A stretch of DNA of 64,000 bases from Ignavibacteriota bacterium (GCA_963787835.1 CAWBEI010000004.1:96001-160000); one strand, 5' to 3'; counted from the first letter of the stretch, positions 19,739 through 30,714 are shown. Notes: generated by a model not told the origin, from the sequence alone. Made by a program: numbers and translations.

Positions 19739-20911
19739 TCACCGCTTCAGCTTCGGATCGAACGCATCGCGCAGGCCATCGCCAAACAGATTGAAGGCGA
19801 ACACGGCAAGCATGATGGCGAGAGCGGGGAAAAGCGTCAGACCCCAGTTCGATCCGGCAGCGATGTAGCCATAGCCATCGTGGATCATTTGTCCCCAGGT
19901 GGAAGTGGGTGGTTGAACACCTAATCCAAGGAACGAAAGCGAAGCTTCATAAATAATTGCATTCGCAAAACCGGCAGTTGCAATAACGATGATCGGCCCA
20001 AGCGAATTGGGAAGGATATGCCGAAAGATGGTCCGTTTGTTCGAAAGTCCGAGCGCTTTGGTGGCTTCAACGTATTCGGTTTCGCGCAGTGCAAAGAACT
20101 GCCCACGCACGATACGTGCCATATCGACCCACTCGGTAATGCCGATAGCAATGATCGTCTGCCACATGCCCAAACCAAGTGCGATCGAAAGAGCTATGAT
20201 GAGAAGCAGCGATGGAATCGACCACACCACATTCGTAAACCACATCAGCCCATCATCGACCGGGCCGCGATAAAATCCCGCAAGCGAGCCAAGTATTACT
20301 CCGATGAATAGACTGCACATTTCTGCAAAAAATGCCACCGTCAGCGAAACGCGAGCCCCATACATCAGGCGGGAGAGCACATCGCGACCGTAGCGATCGG
20401 TACCGAAATAATAGGTGGGTGTTTTGTGCCAATCTTTTTCTGAAGTTCCGGCAAGGCGAGAAATGGGAATTGATTTATCGCGACCCTCATCGGTGGTGTA
20501 GATGACTCGGTCACCTTGAATGCGATATTCACCAATAGGAATGGGGATGGTCTGGGTTGGATCGACCTCGCTTTTTGTCAGCAGCACATTCCCCTGAAAT
20601 CCGATGGGCTTTGTGGAATACTCGAGCACTTGCATATTAGGATCGAACGGCGCGAGTGCGCTGGCAAATACGGCCACAATAATTAGAATTGCAGTGATGA
20701 CAAGACCAGCCATTGCAAGCCGGTTACGCCGTAATCGCCGCCAGGAATAATACGAAAGGGAATGCGGCTGCTGCTGAAGAACGTGCTCATTCTCCAATTT
20801 CCGCCGCTCAGCCTCTTCTCTGGTAATGCGCGGAGGAGCAGTGCCCAGCTCGATCAATTCCTCGCTTACATCCTCGGCAGCCAATAATTCGGGTGTCTCT
20901 TCCAATTGCAT
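19739..20911 (-). CDS. oppC: Oligopeptide/dipeptide ABC permease (OppC/DppC)
   Basis: WRRLRRNRLA, FGTDRYGRDVLSRLMYGAR and EAA loop EYVEATKALG. Confidence 0.92.
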   Translation of the reverse strand: MQLEETPELLAAEDVSEELIELGTAPPRITREEAERRKLENEHVLQQQPHSLSYYSWRRLRRNRLAMAGLVITAILIIVAVFASALAPFDPNMQVLEYSTKPIGFQGNVLLTKSEVDPTQTIPIPIGEYRIQGDRVIYTTDEGRDKSIPISRLAGTSEKDWHKTPTYYFGTDRYGRDVLSRLMYGARVSLTVAFFAEMCSLFIGVILGSLAGFYRGPVDDGLMWFTNVVWSIPSLLLIIALSIALGLGMWQTIIAIGITEWVDMARIVRGQFFALRETEYVEATKALGLSNKRTIFRHILPNSLGPIIVIATAGFANAIIYEASLSFLGLGVQPPTSTWGQMIHDGYGYIAAGSNWGLTLFPALAIMLAVFAFNLFGDGLRDAFDPKLKR

Positions 20912-20996
20912 TTTGTCTATTCGATACAGAATGACAAATATGCGGTGATAGAGATTCCCGCAGAAATTTCACTTTATCACAACCACTGTGTCGTAA

Positions 20997-21116
20997 CGTC
21001 ATTGCGAGGAAGAATCACGAAGCGTAGCGGAGTGATTCTGACGAAGCAATCTCACCCTTGAGGTTGCTTCGTCGCATGATTTTCCCTCCGGTCGAATCAT
21101 GCTCCTCGCAATGACG
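20997..21116. repeat. CGTCATTGCGAG-family palindromic element, copy 2 (intergenic)
   Basis: Same 14-bp terminal inverted repeat and inner GACGAAGCAATC stem as 16111-16214, with different side hairpins. Confidence 0.9.
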
Positions 21117-21136
21117 ATCACATAATTGCAGGAATT

Positions 21137-22681
21137 TTAATACGCGTTCTTATCGCCCCGAAGAATGCAGACGATGGTACGCGCAACGATGGTCAGATCG
21201 AACAAGAACGACCAGTTCTCGATGTAATACAGATCGTGCTCGATGCGACGTTGCATCGCCTCGGGATTTTGGGTTGCTCCACGATAGCCATTCACTTGTG
21301 CCCATCCGGTGAGGCCAGGTTTCACGAAATGCCGAACCATGTATTGCGAAATGATCTTGCGATAGTCTTCGGTATGCTTCAGCATGTGTGGGCGCGGCCC
21401 AATCACGGACATCTCGCCTCGGAGCACATTCCAGAATTGTGGCAGTTCGTCGAAACTGGTGCGGCGCAGTATCCGACCGAATCCTGTCAGGCGTGGATCG
21501 TTCTTTGTGGCCTGTACGCGGTGTGCGGCTTCGGCATCCTCTCGCATGGTCCGAAATTTATAACAGGTAAATGTTTGGCCGTCCTCACCGGTTCGCGCCT
21601 GCCGAAAGAAGATAGGGCCACGCGAGCCAAGTTTGATAAAGAGTGCGCTAACAAGAAAGACGATCGGGAAAATGGTTACAAGCACCACAAAACTAAAGAG
21701 GACATCGAAGGTGCGCTTTACCGTTCTGTGTGCCCATTGGTCAAGGGGAGCTTCGCGCATGCGAACCAGGGAGAAATCGCCGACGCGCTCGATGGTGCGC
21801 GAAGTCAGCGGTCCATAGGAGAGTTCTTCACTGGGTAATAAGGCGACCCGAATACAGCGATCGTCACATGCCGCAACAAGTTGCGAAATGGTGTTCTCAT
21901 CCGCCTTTGGAAGAGCGATCACTACTTCGTCGATCGTTTGGTTGGTGGCAATACGTTCGAGGTCGCTGAGTTTTCCGAGGATCATCGGGCGAACGTGGCT
22001 ATCTACGCCGTTATCGTCCAGGAACCCGAGTACCTTGTAGCCATACGCCGGATTAGTGCGGACGGTATCGTAGAAACGCTCGCCGTAACTTCCAGCGCCT
22101 ATCACGACGATATTTTTTCGCGGAGATTTCTGCTGGCGTACCGTCGTAGCTGCCGATAATGTGACAATACGAAGGCCAACAAGCACCAACGGGATCGACG
22201 TTAAAAAATAAGCCAGGAAAAGCCGAGAATAATAGTTATATCCTCCCTGCGCTACGATAAAAAGAAGCAGTGCGCCAGCAAGCAGAAGACCTGCTCGCGC
22301 GACCGAACGAATCTGATCGAGATTTCCAGAAGACTGTCCTGACTCCATCTCCGGCTGCTTTCGCGGGCGCCGATAGATCGGAAGCAGGATGGCGATGGCC
22401 GCCCAAAACACATTGAGAAAGATTTCCAGCTCGGGATAAATCGACCACGGTGCGCCGCCCAAGCGTTCAGGACTGCCGGCGAAGAATGCTCCAAAACGAA
22501 CGAGCAACATTAAATGGTACGTTACATTCAACACCAAAAGGTCCATCACGAACTGCAAGAGGCGAAGAAGGACGCTATTATACGTTCTCCGAGCAGTTGG
22601 TACAGCATTAGCCGAGATAAGGTGTGTGCCGGAGTCAGCAGATTCCGGTTTTTTCAAAGCGATCGAAGGTGCGTTTGTCAT
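21137..22681 (-). CDS. wcaJ: Undecaprenyl-phosphate glucose phosphotransferase (WcaJ-like)
   Basis: Four TMs, CoA-binding-like domain (VIGAG), and Bac_transf motifs KRTFD, YKFRTM, DELPQF, GPRP, KPGLTGWAQV; start at ATG 22681 gives an ATGA overlap. Confidence 0.9.
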   Translation of the reverse strand: MTNAPSIALKKPESADSGTHLISANAVPTARRTYNSVLLRLLQFVMDLLVLNVTYHLMLLVRFGAFFAGSPERLGGAPWSIYPELEIFLNVFWAAIAILLPIYRRPRKQPEMESGQSSGNLDQIRSVARAGLLLAGALLLFIVAQGGYNYYSRLFLAYFLTSIPLVLVGLRIVTLSAATTVRQQKSPRKNIVVIGAGSYGERFYDTVRTNPAYGYKVLGFLDDNGVDSHVRPMILGKLSDLERIATNQTIDEVVIALPKADENTISQLVAACDDRCIRVALLPSEELSYGPLTSRTIERVGDFSLVRMREAPLDQWAHRTVKRTFDVLFSFVVLVTIFPIVFLVSALFIKLGSRGPIFFRQARTGEDGQTFTCYKFRTMREDAEAAHRVQATKNDPRLTGFGRILRRTSFDELPQFWNVLRGEMSVIGPRPHMLKHTEDYRKIISQYMVRHFVKPGLTGWAQVNGYRGATQNPEAMQRRIEHDLYYIENWSFLFDLTIVARTIVCILRGDKNAY

Positions 22682-24087
22682 GAGTTCACGCTCCTTACTC
22701 GTTCGCGGATCGTTTCCGGATTTTGTTTGGCAGGTGGCTCCCCGATACCGGCGCCATCGAAAAATTCCGGGACGCACATTCGGATCACGGAATTGAACGT
22801 GCGAAAGACATGCTCCCAGGTATAACGGTCCTGAACCAGTTCACGCGCGTTGCGAGCAAGCCGAAGCGCTTTGTCATCATTTTTGAGCAGGGAAAGCGTG
22901 GCTTCGATAATTTCCTGATCGCTCGATCGGATAAGCGCATGGACGTTATCTTCCAATCCCTCGATCCCGCTTGCGCCCACCGGCGTTGTTACGATGGGTG
23001 TACCGACCGCCATGGCCTCCAGTAGCTTGTTCTGTATGCCTGCGCCGACGGTCTGGGCATGTACGAGCACTTTGGCGCTATGCAGGTATGGCCGAACATC
23101 CTCTACGTCCGCATGAAGTTCTGCACCCGGCGTATGCTCGATCAGTGCTCGCAATTGCTTCCCGGGCGATTTCCCGATCATCATCAGCTTCGTGCGCGGA
23201 GAAACTTCCCGAATTTTCGGATAGATGTTTTTCAGCAACCGCCGGGCCATCTGGATATTATGATACGTTCCAAGATGACCGAAGAAGATCAGTTTATCTT
23301 CACGCTCACCGGCATAAAAATCGAACTCGTTCAGATCAACGCCGTTGGAAAGGATAGCGGTTGGCAGTGATGGATCTGCGGTGAGAATTCTTCGTTCATC
23401 GACCTTTGAAACGAAGGTGATCCGTTCGAATCCCTCGGCCATAGCGCGCGGCTCATACTCGCGCAACCGGTTAGCATCTATTTTCCGGATAAGATATTGC
23501 AATTGATCTCCGATGCCTCGGAATGGCGAGAACCTTCCCGACGCGCGTTCTTCCAGAATAACGCGGGCGTCTTCTGCCACCAGCAGTTTTGGGGTTCGAG
23601 TATGATTCCGAACGAATTTCGCGGTGCGGAGGAAAAAGCAGACGATCAGATCGTATTCGTTCGTGGCAAGTGCGCGATCAACCGCCTCCTGCATGGCAAC
23701 ATCGTCATAATAGGCAAACTCGATAGGGCGGCGGCTGACAAAGGCTTTCGCTACACGGATCATTGCGCGCTGTTTGTCGAATGGCAGTAACTCCAGATTT
23801 GCGAATGCTTCAAGTTCCGGGATATTTTCGGGGGTGGCGCTCTTGGCTTCATCGAGCGCGATCAGATCGACATCGGCGATTGTGGAGAGATGTTGGACGA
23901 GATAATATGACTTTATCCGGTCGCCACCTATCAAAGGATAGGGGAAGCGATAGGAAAGAAAAAGAACGCGCGGCTTGCGCGCACCTTCGCGGTGTGCGTT
24001 GCCGATTCGTGCGTAGTCATTCGTGTGGCTGTTGGTGCTGTGACCGCTCATACGATCATGGCTTCTCATGCGGGTACCTTGTGACAT
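22678..24087 (-). CDS. GT4 glycosyltransferase
   Basis: RFPYPLIGGDRI, NGVD, GIQNKLLEAMAVGTPIV; exact start uncertain. Confidence 0.9.
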   Translation of the reverse strand: MSQGTRMRSHDRMSGHSTNSHTNDYARIGNAHREGARKPRVLFLSYRFPYPLIGGDRIKSYYLVQHLSTIADVDLIALDEAKSATPENIPELEAFANLELLPFDKQRAMIRVAKAFVSRRPIEFAYYDDVAMQEAVDRALATNEYDLIVCFFLRTAKFVRNHTRTPKLLVAEDARVILEERASGRFSPFRGIGDQLQYLIRKIDANRLREYEPRAMAEGFERITFVSKVDERRILTADPSLPTAILSNGVDLNEFDFYAGEREDKLIFFGHLGTYHNIQMARRLLKNIYPKIREVSPRTKLMMIGKSPGKQLRALIEHTPGAELHADVEDVRPYLHSAKVLVHAQTVGAGIQNKLLEAMAVGTPIVTTPVGASGIEGLEDNVHALIRSSDQEIIEATLSLLKNDDKALRLARNARELVQDRYTWEHVFRTFNSVIRMCVPEFFDGAGIGEPPAKQNPETIRERVRSVNS

Positions 24088-24699
24088 TGCTTACGTTTTG
24101 CTCTGACAATGATTCGAAATCCTGACTCTTCCGACAACAGCCGTGTTAGCGAACGTTGTCTTAGCGCCCTCCGCAACTGCAGAGATCGCCCTTCTTAAAG
24201 AAGACCTGTGAGTCAGGAAATGGTAACCGTATCAATGGCCATACTTATGGGTAAAATTTTGTGACCTATTGCGGGGGGAGGGGAACAATCGAGTTCCACA
24301 ATCGAGCAGGCGAACGCTCGGTTGCAGCCGGAGAACCGAAAGCGCAAGGAGCAAGCGATGCGGGGAAGCGCTTGCCCGGAATGCAGAGGTTTCAATAAAT
24401 CGCAACAGGTCAGCAGGATAAAAATACGTAAAGCACACAGCCGCCGGAAGTACCGGTTTTGGCTGCTGAAGGGGTCTAAACCACAAAATACTCAAGAATC
24501 TTCCCTAAATCCTATAGAAATCAAAGAAAAATGAGGCACATTCGTGAACATGCTTTAGCCCCCAAATACAACCAGTCTCAAGGGACAAAAGCTCGATGCG
24601 CTTCTAATTTCTACAAAATTAGCTATCTTTTCTTTGAAAAGCAATAGGGGGAAAAATTTGTGACCTAAATTCCAGGAGGAAAACGGTACCCATCCTCCG

Positions 24700-24846
24700 T
24701 CAAACAGGTCGTCTGCCCTGGATGATCCGAACCAGCACTGAGATGATCGCAAGAATGAACAGGACGTGAATGATCGCGCCAATATTCCAAACCGTGAAGC
24801 CAAGCAGCCATCCGATAAGGAGAAGAATAAGTATGGTCCAAAGCAT
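24700..24846 (-). CDS. lmo0937-family (DUF5670) small membrane protein, 48 aa
   Basis: Manual translation MLWTILILLLIGWLLGFTVWNIGAIIHVLFILAIISVLVRIIQGRRPV; below the ORF-track cutoff. Confidence 0.9.
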   Translation of the reverse strand: MLWTILILLLIGWLLGFTVWNIGAIIHVLFILAIISVLVRIIQGRRPV

Positions 24847-24872
24847 GGTCGTCTTTTATTTTGGTGAATTGA

Positions 24873-25022
24873 TTAAAAGTCGGGGATCCATTCATGGAGC
24901 GCGAGCGCCAGAATGGTGAGGATTGTGAGCACGATCAACGGTTGGAGGATCGCTCGTGCAACCAGTATCGTCGCTCCCGGCTCCCGCAGTGCAGAAAGTA
25001 TGTTGATGATGATACCAAACAT
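24873..25022 (-). CDS. Putative 49-aa hydrophobic protein
   Basis: Manual translation MFGIIINILSALREPGATILVARAILQPLIVLTILTILALALHEWIPDF; ends 26 nt before the lmo0937-family gene. Confidence 0.4.
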   Translation of the reverse strand: MFGIIINILSALREPGATILVARAILQPLIVLTILTILALALHEWIPDF

Positions 25023-25148
25023 AATGGGATGGAGGGCACAATTATCATACCAAAGAGAGAGATTGGGAATTCAAGCGAATTATCGCAATTCGTAACTTTC
25101 AGGTGACCACTTCGTCATTCAATACGGATCTCTTACCATATTAATGAA

Positions 25149-26531
25149 ATGAAAAAAATCTGTTTTGTTCTCATCTCCATTCTTTCTTCATCGCTTCAAG
25201 CTTCATCGCTCCTGGCGCAACAGAAGTCGAACAATGCAACCGATGATGGGCGCTCCATTGCCATCACAGTCTATAATGACGATCTTGGCGTCGTTCGCGA
25301 CGTTCGTAAATTCAGTATTAAAGATGGCACAAGCGAAGTCCGAATGGTGGATGTGCCTTCTCGCATCGATCCGACGACGGTGAAGATCACCGATCTCGAT
25401 CATCCGAAAGACATCGATGTGCTCGAACAGAATTATGAGTACGATCTTATCAGCCAGGATAAACTACTTCAGAAGTATATTGATAAATCTATTACTCTTG
25501 TTTCGAATGCTGGAAAACGCATCACTGGAACTGTTCTTGCCGTCGAGGCAGGGAAATTAATGCTGATGACCGATTCCGGGATCGTATCGGTTTCGGGTCT
25601 TACCGGCTATACGCTGAGTATGTCTTCAGTCGCCGAGGGGCTTTACACAAAACCAACATTGATATGGCAATTGCAATCTGATAGAACGTTGACGAACGAG
25701 CCGCTCGAAGTGCTCTATCAAACGGGTGGAATGAAGTGGCATGCCGAATATATCGCGGCGCTTAGTGACGATGAAAAATCGCTGGATCTCAGCGGATGGG
25801 TCAGCATTGAAAACAACAGTGGAGCATCGTTCCCGGATGCGAAACTGAAACTGGTTGCGGGATCGATCAATCGAGTGTCGCCTACACCACGAAATAAGTC
25901 TGATCTTATGTTCAGTGGTGCTGCCCGAGCTTCTGCGCCCCAATTCGAAGAACACGGCATGTTCGAATACCACGTCTATGATCTTGACCGAAAAACGACG
26001 ATCAATAACGATGAAGTAAAACAAATCTCGCTCCTAACCGCAAATGGCGTTGGTTCTGAAAAGCATTACACGTACGAAGGCGGGAAGGATGTTGCGGTAA
26101 CCATAAGTTTTCAAAATTCCGAGGCAAATCATCTTGGGATACCATTGCCGATGGGCGTTATCCGCGTGATGAAGCGCGATAACGATGGTACGCTCGAATT
26201 CATCGGCGAGGATCGAATCGAGCACACCCCGCGCGATGAAAAACTTACACTTCATGTCGGAAATGCGTTCGATCTGGTTGGCGACAGGCAGGTTACCGCA
26301 AGCCGCACCCTCGGCGAGCATGAAAGCGAAGAAACTGTAGAGATCACGTTGAAAAATCATAAGGACGAAGACGTTACAATTGATGCCTTAGAAAATCTTG
26401 GAACTGACTGGGAGATCATTCAGAAATCCATGGACTACGAAAAGAAGAATGCAAACTCCATCGTCTTTCGCGTTCCCGTCAAAGCTCGTAGTGAGCAAAA
26501 GGTGACTTACACGGTGCAGCACCGGTGGTAA
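25149..26531 (+). CDS. DUF4139 domain secreted protein
   Basis: Signal peptide; ITVYNDDLGVVRD, EQNYEYDL, WHAEY, LKLVAG, LGIPLP, FIGEDRIEHTP. Confidence 0.88.
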   Translation: MKKICFVLISILSSSLQASSLLAQQKSNNATDDGRSIAITVYNDDLGVVRDVRKFSIKDGTSEVRMVDVPSRIDPTTVKITDLDHPKDIDVLEQNYEYDLISQDKLLQKYIDKSITLVSNAGKRITGTVLAVEAGKLMLMTDSGIVSVSGLTGYTLSMSSVAEGLYTKPTLIWQLQSDRTLTNEPLEVLYQTGGMKWHAEYIAALSDDEKSLDLSGWVSIENNSGASFPDAKLKLVAGSINRVSPTPRNKSDLMFSGAARASAPQFEEHGMFEYHVYDLDRKTTINNDEVKQISLLTANGVGSEKHYTYEGGKDVAVTISFQNSEANHLGIPLPMGVIRVMKRDNDGTLEFIGEDRIEHTPRDEKLTLHVGNAFDLVGDRQVTASRTLGEHESEETVEITLKNHKDEDVTIDALENLGTDWEIIQKSMDYEKKNANSIVFRVPVKARSEQKVTYTVQHRW

Positions 26532-26540
26532 ATGTAGCTC

Positions 26541-28985
26541 TCAAAAACTGATTGCCAGCGTTCCCGTTACATAGAAATTGTTCGCGGTTTTGAAGTCGAG
26601 CCGCCAGGCAGCGTCGAAGCGTAGGACGTTTAGGATATTACCAATACCAAATCCTGCTTCGGTGAAAGGCGTGCTGCCAAGCGTTTGTACCGGTGCAGGA
26701 AGCAAAGCTTGCGTCGCGCTTGAAAGCGATGCTTCCGCCATATTGGCAAAACCAAACCAATGAAGATCGATCGGCATGTGAATGCCCAATGCGCGTGTGG
26801 GAAGATCGTAGAAATTCTGCTCGAACTGAACGGTCAGCGCTTTATCGCCTTGGAACTCGAACGGCGCAAGTGTGCGGAATACATCGCGTGGCGCGATGAT
26901 GGCATCTCGTGCATCGAAAAAGAAAAGGTTTTGAGCGGGTAATGCCCCATTTAGAAGGAACTGATATTTTCCAGAGATCCACGTTTTTCCCCATCCACCT
27001 AACTTGCCTTCGAGCGAAAGCCGAAGATCCGACGTGAAATAATTAAACTGGCTTCCAATAGCCGAATTAGAATAGGCAAAATTCGCTATTGCAGAACCTT
27101 CCCAAAAACCGAGCGGGAAATCCTCATTCAGATCGAGAGCTATTTGATGTAATTGGCCGGCGTTAATATACGGATTAGCTTGGAAGGTGTCCTTGCGGAA
27201 GAAGAAACTATAATTCGTTACATTGCCGAGACTGTGTTCCGATTGGTCTTTAAAATCGAGCATAGCCGAAAAACGTCGGTTCGGCGTCAACGAATAATTG
27301 ATGTCGAATCCATGCGCCTCGTAATAGTTGGGATAATCTTTGTGCAAGAAAAGTGAAGTGAGCGTGTTCACGAATTGGTCGTACTCGCCGCTACGGGCAA
27401 CACGTTCATCATAATATCGAGCATCGATAGAAGAGGTTACTTGCACATCATTTCTTCCGCCCGTCATTTCCACATCTCCGTCGAATGAGATATTGGCCGT
27501 GATCGCAGCTTGTTTTTTTGTAGTTAGCGCCTGCCGGAGTTCCATAGAATATTCCCAGTCTCCATCGCCGAGGTCAAGATCGGCGTCGCCACCAAAGGTT
27601 GTCGGAAGCTGATCGTTCACCGTCCAGAGGTGTCCGAGTTCCAGGCTCACGCCATCGATACGATTGAATTGAAAGAAATCCGTTCCCGGGAAAAGCTGCC
27701 ACAGCAATCCCAACGGGGTGAATGGTGTTTGCGTTGATTTGAAGTTTTGTACAACACTGTCGATTCTACGATAGGCTGTGTCTTCATCTCGTTCGAGAGG
27801 AATGGTTCGCAGTGCGGTCCAGTGCACGGAATCGACACTATCGGCGGTCGGCGCGACCACATGTTGTGCGGTAAAGATAGAATCTGGAATTACTCCATTG
27901 ATAACATAATTCTGTAGCGTGGCGGACTGGCTGATATCGAACTCCGGCACGATGGGTAGCTCAAGCTTGATGGCGCAATCGAAATTGAGTTCGGATGGCA
28001 TCCAAAACTTGTTATCTACGAACGTGAACGTTTGCCGAATATCGATTCCCTGCACCGGCCCGATCTTGATTGCATCGTCCGGCTGAAGATCGAGATACGC
28101 TATCGTGTAATCCACTTTATCGATCCAAAGCGTACCTTTGAATGCTGGAGTAAGATCTCCAAGCGGCTCGACCGAAATTTTATAGACCTGCTCACCATTC
28201 ATTTCGCCCTCGCCAAGCAGATCGTAGTCGTACCGGTCGAATGCATCGTGCGCCACGGGGCTCACGACATTATAATCGACAAAATCCATGCGATCGTTGT
28301 AGAAATTCTGGATGCCAACGAGCGCCACACGATTGACATCCGCCGGAATATCGGCCGTTTGCTTGCGGGCGTTAATTCGCTCGGCGTAACCGTGGTCGCG
28401 TTTCCAATATCCATCGGCAGAAGATTCTACAATGGCAAGTATGTTGCTATTAGTAGCATTGGTATCTTTTTTATCATCGTCATCAGTATCCTTTTTATTC
28501 TTTTTTGTTCGCAAACTGGTCTTCGAATAGACATCGAATGAATAATTAGTTATTTGCGATTGCCAGGTATCTTTCGAATCGATCACTTTGTGCATGATGC
28601 GCCGCGCCTCGGTGCGGCTTGCATCTGCTGAGATCGTGATCTGTGGGCCCAGGATCGGGGCGGAAACCAGTTGAATGGTCTGAGATTTGTTCTGAAACAG
28701 TTGCACACGGATCGTATCCGGGCGGTACCCGAGTGCTGTTACTCGAATGGCATATTTCACTCCACTATCAAGAACCAGATGAAAATGACCCGCTGAATTC
28801 GTACGTGCGCCCCGCGAGGTACCTAAAATATGAAGCGATGCACCGGGAATGGGATCGTTATCTTCATGCTCGGTGATGGTTCCAGAAAGTTGGAACGTTT
28901 GGGAAAATGCAGGATGGACTTGTGAAAAAACAAGCAGGCCGATCAGCAATAAGTAGGAACCGTGCAGTGTGAAATGTTTGCCCAT
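26541..28985 (-). CDS. DUF5686 family outer-membrane protein with N-terminal CarboxypepD_reg-like domain
   Basis: Signal peptide from ATG 28985; PIPGAS...TNSAGHF...ALGY; VSPVA...Y.Y.L; FKGTLWID; C-terminal beta-strand ending in Phe. Confidence 0.8.
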   Translation of the reverse strand: MGKHFTLHGSYLLLIGLLVFSQVHPAFSQTFQLSGTITEHEDNDPIPGASLHILGTSRGARTNSAGHFHLVLDSGVKYAIRVTALGYRPDTIRVQLFQNKSQTIQLVSAPILGPQITISADASRTEARRIMHKVIDSKDTWQSQITNYSFDVYSKTSLRTKKNKKDTDDDDKKDTNATNSNILAIVESSADGYWKRDHGYAERINARKQTADIPADVNRVALVGIQNFYNDRMDFVDYNVVSPVAHDAFDRYDYDLLGEGEMNGEQVYKISVEPLGDLTPAFKGTLWIDKVDYTIAYLDLQPDDAIKIGPVQGIDIRQTFTFVDNKFWMPSELNFDCAIKLELPIVPEFDISQSATLQNYVINGVIPDSIFTAQHVVAPTADSVDSVHWTALRTIPLERDEDTAYRRIDSVVQNFKSTQTPFTPLGLLWQLFPGTDFFQFNRIDGVSLELGHLWTVNDQLPTTFGGDADLDLGDGDWEYSMELRQALTTKKQAAITANISFDGDVEMTGGRNDVQVTSSIDARYYDERVARSGEYDQFVNTLTSLFLHKDYPNYYEAHGFDINYSLTPNRRFSAMLDFKDQSEHSLGNVTNYSFFFRKDTFQANPYINAGQLHQIALDLNEDFPLGFWEGSAIANFAYSNSAIGSQFNYFTSDLRLSLEGKLGGWGKTWISGKYQFLLNGALPAQNLFFFDARDAIIAPRDVFRTLAPFEFQGDKALTVQFEQNFYDLPTRALGIHMPIDLHWFGFANMAEASLSSATQALLPAPVQTLGSTPFTEAGFGIGNILNVLRFDAAWRLDFKTANNFYVTGTLAISF

Positions 28986-28986
28986 G

Positions 28987-29568
28987 TCAATGTTGCTCCG
29001 CCAGCCATTTCTGGTAATGGGCAAGCAGCGACTTTTTCGGTTCCTGGGGAGTAGAAAGCGACATGGTATAAGAAAGATCGCGTTGCGTTGAATCCCAAAA
29101 AATAACGGGAAGTTTGTCGCCGAGATAGGTTCCATTGCTCGACTCATATTGGCCGCTGGTGAAGAATCCATCGGCAACCGTGTAGAGCATCCAGGGGCCG
29201 GTTCCTTTGTAGCGGAAGAATGAGAGATCGGAGATGTCATCGAAATTGAAATCGATCTCGGCCATCAGCTTGCCACTTTCCTGATACAGCTTTTTATGGA
29301 CATTCTTCCACCCCTTATTTTCAAGTTCGATCTTGCGGCCCTGATAATACTCCGCGATCAGAGAGTTGAAATCCTCGTTAACGACGTCAAGCGAATCTCC
29401 CGGACTACTGGAAATGCCGGTAAAGATGATTTTTCCGGTGCCGCTGACGCCATCGTCATTAATAGAGATGCGGACCTCCTTTTTTTCTGCCGTGAGACAT
29501 CCGCTCACACCGGTTAGAATGACAAAAGCAGCGAGGATAACCGATAGGGGATAGCGTTTAATGTTCAC
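28987..29568 (-). CDS. Hypothetical lipoprotein
   Basis: From GTG 29568: MNIKRYPLSVILAAFVILTGVSG|C lipobox; 1 nt from the downstream gene. Confidence 0.75.
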   Translation of the reverse strand: MNIKRYPLSVILAAFVILTGVSGCLTAEKKEVRISINDDGVSGTGKIIFTGISSSPGDSLDVVNEDFNSLIAEYYQGRKIELENKGWKNVHKKLYQESGKLMAEIDFNFDDISDLSFFRYKGTGPWMLYTVADGFFTSGQYESSNGTYLGDKLPVIFWDSTQRDLSYTMSLSTPQEPKKSLLAHYQKWLAEQH

Positions 29569-29679
29569 GAATAACGGGTTATGATCGAGGGTAAATGTTG
29601 TCCGCGCACCATGCGAGGAACTTCGGTAAACGGTATCCAACGAAATTTTCGTGCCCATTACGTGTTACCATGGGACGAA

Positions 29680-30711
29680 ATGACAGAGATAGCCACAAAC
29701 GAGCATACTGAACAAGCGGTCTGTGCCGTCCGTTACGAGCCTTCGGAGCATGCCGCACTATGGGATGCCTTCATCGAGCGCTCGATGAACGGTACGGTGT
29801 TTCACAGCCAGCAATTCCTTTCCTACCATCCCGAAGGCCGTTTCGATCTGCACCATCTTTTATTCTTTCAGGGTAAAAGACTGATCGCGGTGCTGCCTGG
29901 CGGATTGCGCGATGGAGGACGCACGTTTGAATCTCCGCTCGGAGCGAGCTATGGTTCATTCGTGACCGAGGACATTAGCACGCAGACGGCTCTTGATATT
30001 GTCGCCGCGTTCGAGCGATACATTCTTTCTATAGGGGTAAAGGATGTCTATCTCACTCCAGCGCCGGTTATCTATCAGCCATTGCTAACGCAAAATCTGG
30101 ATTTTGCATTGCTCTATCGAGGGTATGCATACCAGAGGCATTATATTTCTCACGCCATCGATCTTCGTCATCCCGGTGTGCCATTCGACCGGTTTCAATC
30201 GGTGGCGCGTAAGCATATTCGGCGGGTCACCCGAGAGAATCCAACGGTATGGATCGACGAATCGCAGCCGGAATCGCTGAAAGAAATGCTGGCGGAATTC
30301 TACCCAATCCTGCTCGAAAATAAAGCAAAGTACAACGCCAAGCCGACGCACACGCTGGAAGAACTTCTTCGCCTGCATGACCTTCTGCCGGATTTTATGA
30401 AGCTATTCCTCGTCCGTGTTGGAGAGGAGCCGGTTGCAGGTTCGCTGCTCTTTCTTGCGAACGATCGAGTGGCTTTGATCTTCTATCACATGCTTCGTTA
30501 TGCTTTTGATGACTATAAGCCGATCTATTTGCTCATGGATCGTGTGACGCGCTGGTCCAAAGAGGAAGGCTATCACTTTGTCGATATCGGCGTTTCGCAG
30601 GACACGAGCGATGAAAACCCAATGACGCCCGCGCTCAGCCTAATCAATTTTAAAGAGAAGTTCGATTCGCGGGGTATCCTGCGTTCGACACTTCACAAAA
30701 GATATCCTTAA
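29680..30711 (+). CDS. GNAT/FemAB-like acyltransferase
   Basis: WDAFIERSMNGTVFH...FLSYH, SYG, DIGVS, LINFKEKF; start taken at ATG 29680. Confidence 0.8.
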   Translation: MTEIATNEHTEQAVCAVRYEPSEHAALWDAFIERSMNGTVFHSQQFLSYHPEGRFDLHHLLFFQGKRLIAVLPGGLRDGGRTFESPLGASYGSFVTEDISTQTALDIVAAFERYILSIGVKDVYLTPAPVIYQPLLTQNLDFALLYRGYAYQRHYISHAIDLRHPGVPFDRFQSVARKHIRRVTRENPTVWIDESQPESLKEMLAEFYPILLENKAKYNAKPTHTLEELLRLHDLLPDFMKLFLVRVGEEPVAGSLLFLANDRVALIFYHMLRYAFDDYKPIYLLMDRVTRWSKEEGYHFVDIGVSQDTSDENPMTPALSLINFKEKFDSRGILRSTLHKRYP

Positions 30712-30714
30712 GAG

